Shown: positions 1 through 13,029 of the stretch, piece after piece
Layout of the letters: every line of letters begins with the position of its first letter
Numbering within the stretch: position 1 is the stretch's first letter
DNA from: Cetorhinus maximus
Lineage: Eukaryota
Assembly: GCF_964194155.1 (NCBI RefSeq)
Contig: NC_135887.1
Span: forward strand, 15,934,001 to 15,998,000
Length of the DNA stretch: 64,000 bases
Direction of reading: 5' to 3'
Program-made: the position numbers and the translations under genes
Notes under the pieces: model-generated
What the model saw: only the letters and a program-made list of their open reading frames with translations
Database searches by the model: none
Told to the model about the DNA's origin: nothing

Positions 1-60
1 ATATAGCGCCTTTCATGACCAATGAAGTACTTTTGAAGTGTTGTCACTGCAGTGGTGCTT

Positions 61-280
61 TTTTTTTATTTGTGCATGGGACGTGGGCGTCGCTGGCTGG
101 GCCAGCATTTATTGCCCAATTGCCCTTGAGAAGGTGACGGTAAGCTGCCTTCTTGAACCGCTGCAGTCCATGTACTGTAGGTACACCCACAGCGCTGTTA
201 GGGAGGGAGTTCCAGGAAGCAACGGCGGTATGTTTCCAAGTCAGAATGGCGTGTGGGTTTGGAGGGGAAGGAACTTGCAG
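61..280 (-). mobile_element. LINE 3'-end fragment (same family as 13030-14830) inserted into a Deu-SINE spanning about 1-420
   Basis: Sequence similar to 13035-13270. The flanking DNA carries Deu-domain text (cagcaagctcccacaaac). Confidence 0.75.
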
Positions 281-1179
281 TTAGGAAACACGACAGCCAA
301 TTTGTGACAGCAAGCTCCCACAAACAACAATGTGATGTTGACCAGGTAATCTGTTTTAGTGATATTGGTTGAGGGATAAATATTGGCCGGAACATCAGGG
401 GAGAACTCCCCATTGCTTCCTCAAATGTAAATTTAACACAGGTACAAATAGACAGCCCTCCCTCTATTATAAATCAGACTTCCTCCCAGTAATAAACTAT
501 AAGTCACATTACATTACTGATGCACACCCAATGATTTCTTCAGAAAGTCTCGCAAATGCTTACTTTATCTAGTCTAGTTCCTCAGGAACATATTTTCTTG
601 TGGTTTATCTGTGAGAAGTTGATACTTCCCTTGTTTGCTGATTCTGAAAAATCTGAAGGTCTCACAGAGACACAAAGATTATTTATTCTGGCCTTGAGCA
701 CAAGGTTGGGTTCTGCAAATTCAATTAAATCAAGGAGGCTTTGGGAGCTCATTTAACGATTTTAAGATAATAAAGTTGTCAAGACTTTTCAACTTTAATT
801 TTTGTTTTTGTTATATTCCAGTTTTCTCCCCTTCACCAACCGCCCATATTTTCCTCTATTTCACTGGAGGGGCTCAGAGTACAGTTCCCTGGATATCAGC
901 ACCTGTTTGCTCCTTTGCACTTCTGCTCATTCTTCACGGATGATCATACGTATTGAGTGTCAGAAAGACATTCAACTGGTGCTGCGGGGGATGGGTGACT
1001 GGGTGGTGACATCTTGTCCTCATGTGTAACATCCACACATGTTCCAGCAGGGGTCACTAGATAGCAATCAGGATCAGGAACCTGGTTCTCCTTCCTTGGC
1101 CAGCAGCAGGGCCTCTATTGCCACCAGAATTCCCCACATCAAACGTGTCACCTTGTCGGTGTTTTATAGAGTTGAATAG

Positions 1180-1650
1180 AATATACAGCATGGGCCATTT
1201 AACCCAATCACTCCACTCTAGTTTCCTCCCATCTTTCTTCATCTAACTGTATCATCGTAACCCTCTGTTCCCTTCCACCTGATATGCTCATCTAGCTTCC
1301 CTTTAAATGCATCTATAATATTCGCCTCAAACACTCATTGTGGTAGTGACTTCCACATTCTCACCACTCTCTGGGGAAGGAAGTTGCTCCTGAATTCCCT
1401 ATTTGAATTCTCGGTGAGTATCTCACATTGATGGCCTCTACTTCTGCTCTTCCCCATAAGTAGAAACGTTCACCCTTTGTCTGCACTATCAAAAACTTTC
1501 AAAATTTTAAAGACCTCCTTTAGGTCACCCTTCAGCTTTCTCTTTTCAAGAGAAAAGAGGCGCAGTCTGTTCATTGTTTCCTGATAGGTATACCTGTGCA
1601 TTTCTGGTATCATCCTTGTAAATATTTTTTTGCATCACCTCCTGTGCCTC
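1180..1650 (-). mobile_element. CR1 LINE 3' fragment
   Basis: Homologous to 3700-4170 at the nucleotide level. Confidence 0.7.
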
Positions 1651-2659
1651 TAGTCCATACCCTTTGAATAAGGTGGCAATCGGAAATGTGCAGTTATTGT
1701 TGGTAAAATGCAACATGGATAATTTCATCACTAAACCATTCTGACAGCTTAAGCCAACATTTAACGATCTTGCTTCTTAATGGTAGCAAGTTAACTAACA
1801 GTGCAGTTGCTGATTTTGCATTGAGTCTATCTTGTTTATTTGCATTAGACATTGCTTGAGGCAAGGATCCTTATTTTCTATCCAAGTGTGTAAGGGCGAG
1901 ACAAAAAAAGTTTTGTAGGTGTTTAATCTGTACAGTTTTTAATTTTAATTTAACAATGTTGTGTTCAATTTAAAATATATAAACTTGATCTAGGGCAGGA
2001 GTGGTCCATTCTGAGTGGATGGCTGGACTTGGGAGGAGAAAAGTGGGAACTTGTTTCTGATCTCTTTGCAATGTCTTCTGCTTAAAATTCAATATCAAGT
2101 GTGGGCTGTATTGAGCTTAATTAATTGCACCGACTTCCAGGGTGGAGCTCACCATGTTCATTGCTTAAGCTAGTTCTTTGGATGAGGCGCTACAGGGCCG
2201 ATGATAGGGCTAGTGGATCTGTATCCCATTATAAATCACCATGTTCCCAAGAGAGGGGGGAAAAAGGTGCAAAAAAGGTAAAATTGTTAAAAAAAAAAAG
2301 AAATGCATGGAGAATTGCAGGACAGATTTGCACTCCTTGCACTGTGGATTCACACCCTTACATTCCTTATCCATTGATTTCCCACAGAGAGAAAAAGCTG
2401 CTAATGCCAGGGGTAGTTGTAGAGCAACACTGAGCATGGACAGAGGCCGCTCACCTGCACACCACACTGGGTGTGAGCAATGACTGAGCACAGGACAGTG
2501 GAGATCCCGCAAAGTGGGAGAGAGATAAGAAACAGCAAAGTGTTACAAGGAAAATAGTAAAAAAAAAAATGGCCCACCCTTATTCCTATTCTTCCAAGAG
2601 AAAATGTATCTTTAAAACACCTCACTGAAAAATAAAATAGACACTGCCACCTCCTCAAT

Positions 2660-3020
2660 CATTTTTTATTCTTGTGGGTATCACAGACAGGGCCAGCATT
2701 TGTTGCCCATCCCTAATTGCCTTTGAACTGAGTGGCTTGCTCAGCCATTTCAAAGGGCAGTTAAGAATCAACCACATTGCTGTGGGTCTGGAGTCACCTT
2801 TAGGCCAGACCAGGTAAGGGTGGCAGATTTCCTTCCCTGAAGGACATTAGTGAGCCAGATAGCCTTTTACAGCAATCAATGATTGTCACTATTACTAATT
2901 TTAAATTCACTAATTGAATTTAAATTCCACCATCTGCTAGGTATGGTGAGATTGGAACCCATGCCCCCAGAACATTAGCCTAGGCCACTAGTTTAATGAT
3001 GTTACCACTACACCACCAAT
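2660..3020 (-). mobile_element. tRNA-derived SINE sharing the LINE 3' tail
   Basis: Inverted homologue of the SINE at 29805-30160. Confidence 0.7.
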
Positions 3021-3699
3021 ATCCTAACTCAATGCAGGCTAGGCCTGTGAAATATGGAGCAACAGAGACACATCAATTAAGAGGGAGGGTAAATGCCTTT
3101 TTTGGCTGAAATCAGACTCAGACCCCTGCATTGTGAGCCTGCAGCTGGCCCTCCTCCTGCCATAGCACCAAGGGGTAGGAGTCCATGTAAAACCCCTCAG
3201 GTTGCATGCAGCAGAGAATGTTTGACATGAAATGTAAATGTACATCATAAATATAACCTGTAATGGCAAACATACTGAGGCACATCATGTATAGTATTGA
3301 AATAAATTGACCTGTATTGCACTTTACGTAATGTCAAATTTGAGATATCTTGCAACGCACTTTTACAAATTTTATGAGTAAAGTATTTTTTTTGAAAAAA
3401 ACCCTGTTACTGGCAACAATAAGTATCTGAGGACAGTTTAGTAGCTGAAAGCTCAGGTACTTTAAAAGATGTTTGTTCACTATTCAGCTTTCATCTTTCC
3501 ATTCTAAATGCAGTTCTCTTTAGACAACAGAGAGTGATAGTCTTTTGGGGTAATGCAGACTCCCCATTATCCACCAGAGTTCCCTTCCAGAGGATAATGG
3601 AGATTGATAGATAATTGAGGAAGTTCACAACTTCTGACCTCACACAATATGGTTCAGCAATGCCTTAAGCATGGCAATGAAAATAAAGCAAACAGCAGA

Positions 3700-4170
3700 A
3701 GAACATAGGAACATAGGAGCAGGAGTAGGCCATTCAGCCCATTGCGTCTGCTCCACCATTCATTACAATCATGGCTAATCATCCACTTCAGTGCCTTTTT
3801 TTCCCACACTATCCCCATATCCCTTTATGTCATTGGTGTTTAGAAATCTGTCAATCCCTGCTTTAAACACACTCAGTGACTGAGCTTCCATGGCCCTCTG
3901 GACTAGAGAATTCCAAAGATTCACAGCTCTCTGAGTAAAAACATTTCTCCTCATCTCGTCCTAAGTGGCTTCCCTATTATTCTGAAGTTGTGTCCCCTGG
4001 CTCTAGACTCTCCAACCAGGGGAAACTTGCCTGCATCTACCCTGTCTATTCCTTTAAGTATTTTGTAGGATCCAATGAGATCACATCTCATTCTTCGAAA
4101 CTCTAGAGAAAACAAGCCCAGTTTCCCCAATGTCTCTTCATAAGACAGTCCCACCATCCTGGGAACAAGT
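3700..4170 (-). mobile_element. CR1 LINE 3' fragment
   Basis: GLSYEETLGKLGLFSLEFRRMRCDLI...RARGHNFRI, the typical CR1 ORF2 C-terminus. Confidence 0.88.
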
Positions 4171-4619
4171 CTAAAACCTAAAAAGAAACATTATGTAGTT
4201 CAATTTTTCACAAAAATTAGACAAATTACAAACAGAAAAACTGTGCAAAGGGGCATACAAGGCAGTGCCATGTAAAAATCAAAGTGGTTAATCAAAGTGA
4301 TGGATAATAGGATGGTAGAGAATGGAGTGTCCACTGGATTTTGTGTTACTTCCTCAGCTTTTAATCTATTTTATCCTCAAACCTTCTTGACTCTTTCAGC
4401 AAACTCCTCACAGATGTGATGAGGAAGCAATTTTCTGTAAATGCCATTTTGGTTTTCACCATAAGGAAGTATGTGGGAGTGGTTGGGTGTGATTCCTCCT
4501 CCTCTCCCGCCCTCCAGGCGAATTATGTAAGTCTAGCATTAGATGCCTCACTCTGTTCATACTAACGCTTGGGGAGGAGTGACTTCATCCCTGTGCCCGG
4601 GCACATTCTGAAACATTTT

Positions 4620-5275
4620 GGTGTTCTATGGCATTCTATTTTACCCTAAGCTGAGTTTACAACCCTGTATCCTCTTTGTCACCAAGACCACCTACTTCCA
4701 TTTCCATTACGTTGCCATCTCCGTCCCTGCCTCAGCTCATTGGCTGCTGACACCCTCCTCCATGCCTTTGTTACCTCCAGACTCAACTATTCCAATGCTC
4801 TCCTTGATGGTCTCCCACCTTATAACCTCCATAAAGTTGAACTCATCCAAAACTCTGCTGTCCGTATCCAAAATCACAGCAAGTTCCATTCACCGGTCAC
4901 CCCTGTGCTCGCTGACCTACATTGGCTCCCAGTCTGGTAAAGCATCAATTAAAACATTTTCATCCTTATTTTCTATAACCCTCCAATGTCTCTGTGCTCC
5001 TCTGATTCTGCCTCTTCTGCACCCATGATTTCCATCACCCCTGCACTGGTGGCCATGCCTTCAGCTGCTCCGAATATTCCCTCCCTCAACTTTTCTGCCT
5101 CTCTCTCCTCCTTTAAGACAGTCCTAAAAATCTACCTCTTTAACCAGGCTTTTGGTCACCTGTCCTAAACCTCCATATTGGGCTTGGTGTCGAATTTTGC
5201 CTGATAATGATCCTGTTGAAGCACCTTGCTATGTCTTGCTACATTAAAGGCACAACATAAATGCGAACCATTGTT
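4620..5275 (+). mobile_element. L2 LINE 3' fragment
   Basis: AADTLLHAFVTSRLNYSNALL...VTPVLADLHWLPV and LKIYLFNQAFG. Confidence 0.88.
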
Positions 5276-5611
5276 GCATGAGGAATCAGCAGTGTGAGCC
5301 TGTGACCTTCTGTTTCATGCCACAGCAACTCGGGGGACTCACTGCATATCACAGCATTGCCCAAGCACTGTATGTACCGCAGACAGCAAAAACATTACAC
5401 TGGGCCTAAAGGGCTACAGAGAAACCTTAGTTACAATTGTCAGTGACTGGAGTAGTACGGTTCCAGCCTGTTTTTGTTGGTTGTATTGTCGTTCAGTGGC
5501 TGCTTGGCAGTCTTCACAGTGACAAAGCACCAGCTGTACTTGATAAAGCACCATCTGGAAAGCAACATGAAGGGCTTCTCAAACACCTGAATCAAGCTTT
5601 AATTTACCCTA

Positions 5612-7588
5612 AGATAAAGGCAAAGTACTCCGGATGCTGGAAATATGAAACAAAAACAAGTGCTGGAAAAACTCAGCAGGTCTGACAGCAATGTGGAGAG
5701 AGAAACAGAGTTAACGTTTCGAGTCCGTTTGACTCTTCTACAGAGCTAAAGGGAAGTAGAAATGTGGTGAAATATATACTGTTTAAGGGGGGGGGGGGTG
5801 GGACGGGTGAAGCTGGATAGAAGGTCGGCAATAGGTGGAGGCAAAGGAGAAATTGTAAAAGATGTCATAAACAAAAGGTAGAAGTGGGTGTTGATGGTGG
5901 TGATACTGGCTAAAGGAGGTGCTAACGGTGACATTAAGAGTAGAAAGCAGGATGAGCAAGAGACAGATGGACCTAGTGGGGGTGTGGTGGGGGAGGGGAC
6001 GGTTTGGGAAAAAAGATCGAAATAGGCTAAAAGGTGGGGATAAACAATGAATAAAAATGGTAATATATTTTAAAAATATAATAGTAATAAAAATAGGTGG
6101 GGAAAAAATATATATATAAAAATTAAAAAAATAAATATTTGAAAAAAGGGGATCCAAAAGGGAGAGAGGATGGAGGAGAGAGTTCATGATTTGAAGTTGT
6201 TGAACTCAATGTTAAGCCCAGAAGGCTGTAAAGTGCCTAGTCGGAAGTTGAGGCGCTGTTCCTCCAGTTTGCGTTGAGTTTCACTGGAACATTGCAGCAG
6301 GCCATGGACAGACATGTGGGCATGAGACCAGGGTGGTGTGTTGAAATGGCGAGCGACAGGGAGGTCTGGGTCATGCTTGTGGACAGAACGAAGGTGTTCC
6401 GCAAAGCGGTCACCCAGTCTGCGTTTGGTTTCTCCAATGTAGAGGAAACCAAATTGGGAGCAGCAAATGCAGTAGACTAAATTGAGGGAACTGCAAGTGA
6501 AACGCTGCTTCACTTGAAAGGAGTGTTTAGGCCCTTGGATGGTGAGGAGGGGGAAAGTAAAGGGGCAGGTGTTGCACCTTCTGCGATTGCATGGGAAGGT
6601 GCCAGGGGGTGGAGGGGGGGAGAGGGGAGGGGGTGGTGGAGGTGTTGGGGGTGATGGAGTGGACCAGGGTATCCCGGAGGGAACGGTCTCTATGGAATGC
6701 CGACAGGGGGAATGAAGGGAAGATGTGCTTGGTGGTTTGTACCATGATGTGTTTGCACTTCCCTCAATTTAGTCTATTGCATTCGCTGCTCCCAATGCGG
6801 TCTCCTCTACATTGGAGAGACTAAACACAGACTGGGTGACCGCTTTGCGGAACACCTTCGATCTGTCCACAAGCATGACCCAGACCTCCCTGTCACTTGC
6901 CATTTCAACACTCCACCCTGCTCTCATGCCCACATGTCCGTCCTTGGCCTGTTGCAATGTTCCAGGGAAGCTCAACACAAACTGGAGGAACAGCACCTCA
7001 TCTTCTGATTAAGCACTTTACAGCCTTCCGGACTTAACACTGAGTTCAACAACTTCAGACCATGAAGTCTCTCCTCCATCTTCACCCCCTTTTGGATCCC
7101 CCTTTTTCAAATATTTATTTTTTAAATTTTTACATATATATCTTTTTTTTCCCACCTATTTTTATTACTATTATATTTTTAAAATCTATTTCCATTTTTA
7201 TTCATTGTTTATCCCCACCTTTTAGCCTATTTCGATCTTTTTTCCCCACACCACCTTCTCCCCCCACCAGGGCCATCTGTCTCTTGCTCATTCTTTCTAC
7301 TCTTGTCACCATTAGCACCTCCTTTAGCCAGTATCACCACCATCAACACCCCATCAACCATTTGCTTATGAAATCTTTTGCAATCTCTCCTTTACCCCTA
7401 CCACTTACCCCTTACTCCTGGCCCTCTATCCAGCTTCACCCGTCCCACCCCCCTTAAACAGTATATATTTCACATTTTTACTTCTTAGTTCTGAAGAAGA
7501 GTCATACAGACTCAAAAGCATTAACTCTGTCTTTCTCCCCACAGATGCTGGCAGACCTGCTGAGTTTTTCCAGCACTTTTTGTTTTTG
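5612..7588. mobile_element. Penelope-like element with inverted arms; GIY-YIG endonuclease fragment in both arms
   Basis: FTCSSLNLVYCICCSQFGFLYIGETKRRLGDRFAEHLRSV on the minus strand (6184-6513), with a homologous inverted copy on the plus strand (about 6745-7588). 14-bp TSD tttaatttacccta at 5598-5611 and 7589-7602. Confidence 0.92.
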
Positions 7589-10500
7589 TTTAATTTACCC
7601 TAGTTCTTAAAGGAGAATTACAGCTAATGCATTTGTCTTCATTGGATATAAGATATTTTTTTGACTGCCTGCCAGTTTTGTTGAGTGATTCACAGATTAG
7701 TTTTCGACATCTTAAAGTGACAGAATCAACATCACTGTACTTCACTGACAGAACTCTCCAGGAGGTTGCCTTTTATTAAGTGTAGGAGTTCCTTTATTCA
7801 CTAATACAATCACTGCCATGCCCTTTTCATTTTTCTTCTCAAAAGGAATATGATTTCCTTTCCATAACATTACAAGGCAATTACAAATGAGCAAAACCCA
7901 TCTTATTTCATCCATTCTAAATGACCTTAACAACACTCGCTATGCCCGCCCCCACCATTGTGAAGTTTAATTGTTTCTTAAATTATTCCAAGAATTTTTT
8001 GGCTCCACTACTATATCTGGAAGGCTTGTTCAATGTGTTGATTATTCTGTTTAAAAAAACTTCCTAATAACCAATTTTATATTTACCTTATTCCTATTTT
8101 GAACCGGTTTCTCAAGTCCTACTTGTGTCATTTAATTTATAGGAATATTTGAGGTTTACTTTTCTCATTCCTTTAATTGTTTTTTATGCCTCTATGAGAT
8201 CATCTTGTAAATGTTCCCTTTCCAAATTGGAAATGCCAAATTTCTCCAGTCTTTTCCCCTAACTCACTCTTTGATGCTGGCAATCATCCACATGTTTCTA
8301 TTCTGCATTCTTTTCAGTGCTTGCCAGGGTTGCCATTCTACACGTGAGTTGCGCAGTATCAGACGCTATTGATCACAAAGGGCATCGTCACCACATTCCT
8401 GTGGGCAAACCTCCATATTTTCCAGAGAGAAACATTGCAGATTAATCAAGAGCAGGAGACTCAACTCTTTGGCTCTAGTATCTCAACTGCTTTCCCAGTT
8501 TCAATGAAGCTAACACAACAGACACCAAAGGATCAAATCTGCATGTTCTGTACATGTTGTTCATCTATTTTAGAACAGTAGAATCCATTAAGGGAGAACG
8601 TTAACAGAGAATCTGGCCTAAACACCTGCCAGTCTGTATCTGTTAGTAGGTGAAGACTTCACCTGAGATAGTACTACTAATTAGGGAAGCAAAATATGGA
8701 TTTTAGCATAGCTAGGCATTCAGATGAAAAGTTTCACAACCAATCTACATTCCTGTATCTAATCCCGAATTTCCAATGGAGCTTTGGAACACTATATTTT
8801 AAAGTTGTGCGTGTGGACTAAAGTGTCATCAGCCAGGTTCCTATCAAGGCCATGATTTTGGTGTAACTATCCACAATGCATTCATGATGGCAAGGGCCTC
8901 GTTCACAAGAGAACAGACGTTCTAGAGGGAGATTCTGAGAGGGGCAATGATAGCTAATGTTTGGTAGATTCCACACAGTCAGCACTGGGAAGGATGAATC
9001 GGACAGGGAGATTAGCAAGATTAAACCCCAACAGGCATGCTGTGGAAGAGTAATATGTGACAATTTGGAGCTGCTAATGAGTACCTTGATGAGCCCTCCA
9101 AAGGATGCCAAGAGAAGCACAGAGATTCTCAAACTGTGGTGCAGAGTACTCTTCCAGAAGGCCTGTGATACAGGGTTGGCCTTATGGAGGGGGGGTAGTG
9201 ACACAGGTGACTGAGCAGGGAGATATGCTTTTCTCCATATTCCTGTTCTCTCAGTGCTCTACTGCCTCCATGTTCGTGCTCACTCCAGGCTCCTGCTTTG
9301 GCATACTCTGCTCTCCCTGTCTTTTGCTTCTGATTGAATAGGAAGAGTAGTCCATTTAGCCTCTCAAGCCTGTTCCAACATTTAATTAGATCATGACTGA
9401 TTTGCAACCTAACTCCTAGTACTTTGGCAGGAGCATGGAGAGACCTGAAGGCCAGGGATAGCAGAGCATAGCCAAAGGCAGACAGAGTGCGCAGTGAGAA
9501 GCAAGTACATCCATCCCTTGATACCTGTAATAAATACTTGTTCTTTTAAAAGCATTAAAACATCCTTGGCATGTATCACATTCATATTAGAAGTATTATA
9601 ATTAAAAATTGGGGGCCCTTCAAACAAGAATGTTTAAGAAGCAATGCCTTAACAAGCAGAATTCCAGGTAATTAGCTATTTATACTGAAGTAGCTATAGT
9701 TTGCAAATTCAGGCTACAGCCCAAGTGGTCAATTGTTTGTGCTTTTGCTTCTGAGCCGAAAGCCTTATGTTTAAGCTCCACTCCAGACATGGTGGCCATG
9801 GATGGAGTGTTCATGCAGGTCAAACCAGGTTGTTAACTAACCACAGCATTCTTCAAGTGAGAAGGGAGCATGAAGATATGCAAAACAATTCAGAGAACAG
9901 GTGCAAGTCGACACTTTTAAGTACGTAAGCTGGAATGTTACCAATACACACTGAACCCAGAACTTCGACAGGTGCACTAGCCACTCTCCCATGGCAATTG
10001 TCATGCCTTATAATCTTTCATAAGGATCAGAGAATCATACTATGTATGACAACTTATTCGACTGTCAAGATGGAACTGAACACCTTGGAGTCTACAAAAC
10101 CTATTTGTAAATGGAGGGAATCCCACCTTAGAAAGTAAGCAATTTATTACCTGGATTAATTCAAACATGGCAGAAAATTAGAGTTCAATTAATTTACTGA
10201 TGAAAATTACAAGACATGAGGCAAGTGATAGGGAAAACCCCGAAAGGCAACGGTAAAGGTGATTTTGGTAAGATGTGTTTATTCTTTCACAGGATGTGGG
10301 CATTGCTGGTTAGGCCATCATTTAATGCTCAGCCCTAGTTGCCCTCGAGATGGTGATGAGCCACCTCTCAGCACTGCAGTCCATGCGGCATGGGAACTCC
10401 AGTGCTGTTAGGGAGCTCTAATTTTGACCCAATGACAGTGAAGAACAGCAATACGGTTCAGTCAGGATGGTGTGTAGCTTAGACGGGAACTTACAGGTGG

Positions 10501-11289
10501 TATTCCCATGTTGAATGAAGGTCAACTGTATCTGTTCCAAATTCACAAATTAGAAAATCCGATAGCAGTATGCAAATAAGGCATTCTTGCACCATAGCCC
10601 AACATACGTGAATTACAAACAATAGTATCAAGTAATCCACATTAGGGATCACTTCAAAAGTATGTTAATGCTCAAGACAATTGTTAGGATATATTAATGT
10701 AATTTTACAAGGGAAATACTCAATTTGAAAAAGGTACCATACAAATTAAGTTAACCATTTTTGGTGTTATTACTTTCGAAAGTCTCTTCCCTTAGACAGC
10801 CTAGTTGTGAACCTAATATTAACAGCTGAACGAAAATGGATTTTGTATTTGCTCACCAAGCCTGCTTATTATAGTTTTAACCTTGGCTCTTACTGGTTTT
10901 CATGAATAAAACTACCATATCCTAAGCAAAAGATCCGATCTTTGAGGCAGCCAATGGATAAATATGTAGTGTATAGTTTTTACCTTCAAAGCATTTTAAA
11001 AGTTCTGAAAAGGTGTGTTGAGAAGTTAAGACCGACTACCCAGTCTTCACCTGCGCTTCAAAGTTACAGACTACAGACTGCAAGCTGGATAGAATTGGAA
11101 ACAATACTTTGACGGATGCTATTTGCAAAGACCAGAGAAAAGAGAGATCTGTGCACAAGTAACACACCCACCAGCACCCCAATTAAGTTGAATAGGGCAC
11201 TGCCAAAATCAAATATGTTTACAAAGATGATTAATGTTGAATTTGTGCTAGAAACAAGTTGGACAGGCTGGGCAATGTTGTTCCCAAAT

Positions 11290-12298
11290 TATTTTATTGT
11301 TTTTTGCTAGGTTGATTACACCCAGGTTACTTAGTTTTCCATTTTATTGACTAATATACTTGAATACAATAATGGTGCAACTCTTGTAACAAATGGGTTT
11401 CTTCCTACAATGGATGCAACTTTGCAATTGCAAAGTACTAAACTGCAATCTATGAAGTGTCTTCCACTTTACCTCCATAGCTTGTCCGAGTCCAATGTCA
11501 GATGCTGCTCTGAGATTATTTGCAAATACACTGCACCAGTTTCTTGTTTTAATGCATAAGCTGCAGTTATTTAGGTAGATGCATTCTCTAAAAAATTTAA
11601 CTTGACTTTGGACTTCAGTTTGCTTAAAATTAGAGCCCTAAGACTTAAAACGTTATCACTCAGCCATCATAGAGCTTGCAGTGAGCAAGAATATTTCTCA
11701 GCCCCACAAGAGAGCAGATTAAAGGTTGGTCATCCAAGAGTGAAACAGGAGGTGATTGCAAACTTGCAGGTATGTGACAAGAGGCAGAAATGTCAATATT
11801 GAATAAAGCACCATTAGATAAAACTCAACTTCTCTTTAATGCTTAGAGAACAAAAATATATAAATTCACATTTGAATGAAATACAGTTTTTGTCTGCATT
11901 TGCAAATGATGGTTTATAAAAGCACAACAAGGTCTTTGGCAATTGACATGAATTTCTCCTTTCTCAGTTGTAGACTGCTAAAGATCTACCAAACCTCACA
12001 TTTCCACAACACTACATTTACAAAACTTACCATAAAACATGTACAGGAACAAAATAGATTGGACCACCAAGAACAACAGAATAAAAAATAACCATGATAC
12101 AGGCTGATATTTATATATAATGTTACAAGTTTACAGAATATGTACAGTGTTTTTTTTGTACAGAAAAACGGATTTGTATGAACTGACCATGCTGCAAATA
12201 GCTGAAAACTTCGCTTACAAGGCAGCAAACTGTACCTGCTTGTCTACATCTATACAATAAAAGCAACATGCCTTCTGAAGTTATGCAGCTCCATATGG
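11290..12298 (-). other. WSB1: Probable WSB1 3' UTR (end point uncertain)
   Basis: AU-rich stretch after the stop codon with no repeat I recognise. Pumilio-type TGTACATA on the minus strand at 12139-12146. AATAAA candidates on the minus strand at 11343-11348 and 11293-11298. Confidence 0.5.
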
Positions 12299-12461
12299 TC
12301 AGATCGTGCAGTAAGTTAGGTAGTCAACCATCTTTGGTGGGATAGGTAGGTGCTCAACAGAGCTGGTGACCATCACTCTTCGTAGAGCCATGCGACAGAG
12401 ATGCTGAAGACTGGGGACATGCCTGGGAGTGGCCCAGAAGTGAACACTACCATCTTGCGTC
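12299..12461 (-). CDS. WSB1: WSB1 coding exon 9 (SOCS box, stop codon)
   Basis: TQDGSVHFWATPRHVPSLQHLCRMALRRVMVTSSVEHLPIPPKMVDYLTYCTI*, with BC box SLQHLCR and Cul5 box LPIP. The nine exons total 1260 nt in frame. Confidence 0.96.
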
Positions 12462-13029
12462 CTTGGGAGGGGAAAGAAGCAGCAAATATTGGGTTTATTT
12501 TTAACCCAAAGTCACAGGCTACAACATTTTATGTACTTTTGAAAGAGCTCACATGTGGAAAAAAAAAATCTTCCAACCCAAAGTTTAAACACAGAGGATA
12601 AAGGATCATTTGAATTACCACTAAGTTAGCAATTAAATCTTTTAAGCATAAACATTTGCACACTAGTTATTACCAAGTAAAGACTTTTCAACGGCCATAC
12701 AAGCAAGGGGCACAACAATATTCCATGACTGTCATAGTCTTTAAAACAATTTCAAAGAGCAGTCCATAAGTTCAATGCTGACCATGGTGAAGGGGATATT
12801 GGGAGTCCATTTAAACAGGACATTCAAGAGCACAGCAGTGGCAGAGACCTGGGAGTATGCACCATCCCACTTTGACAGGATAGCAATAATTTAGTCAGCA
12901 GAACAAATCTTATCTGCAGTAAAGAGATGCTGGTACTATTCATCATCAGAATGGTAGTGGATTCTCTTTGCTAGTTGAAAATGAAAGTAGCAACAAATCA
13001 AACCCAACTTTGAAAATATAAAAATTGCC

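Noticed and set aside
8818-9310. Overlapping ORFs of 78-128 aa
   Set aside because: No splice context or family I can identify. At most a faint resemblance to an old retroelement C-terminus.
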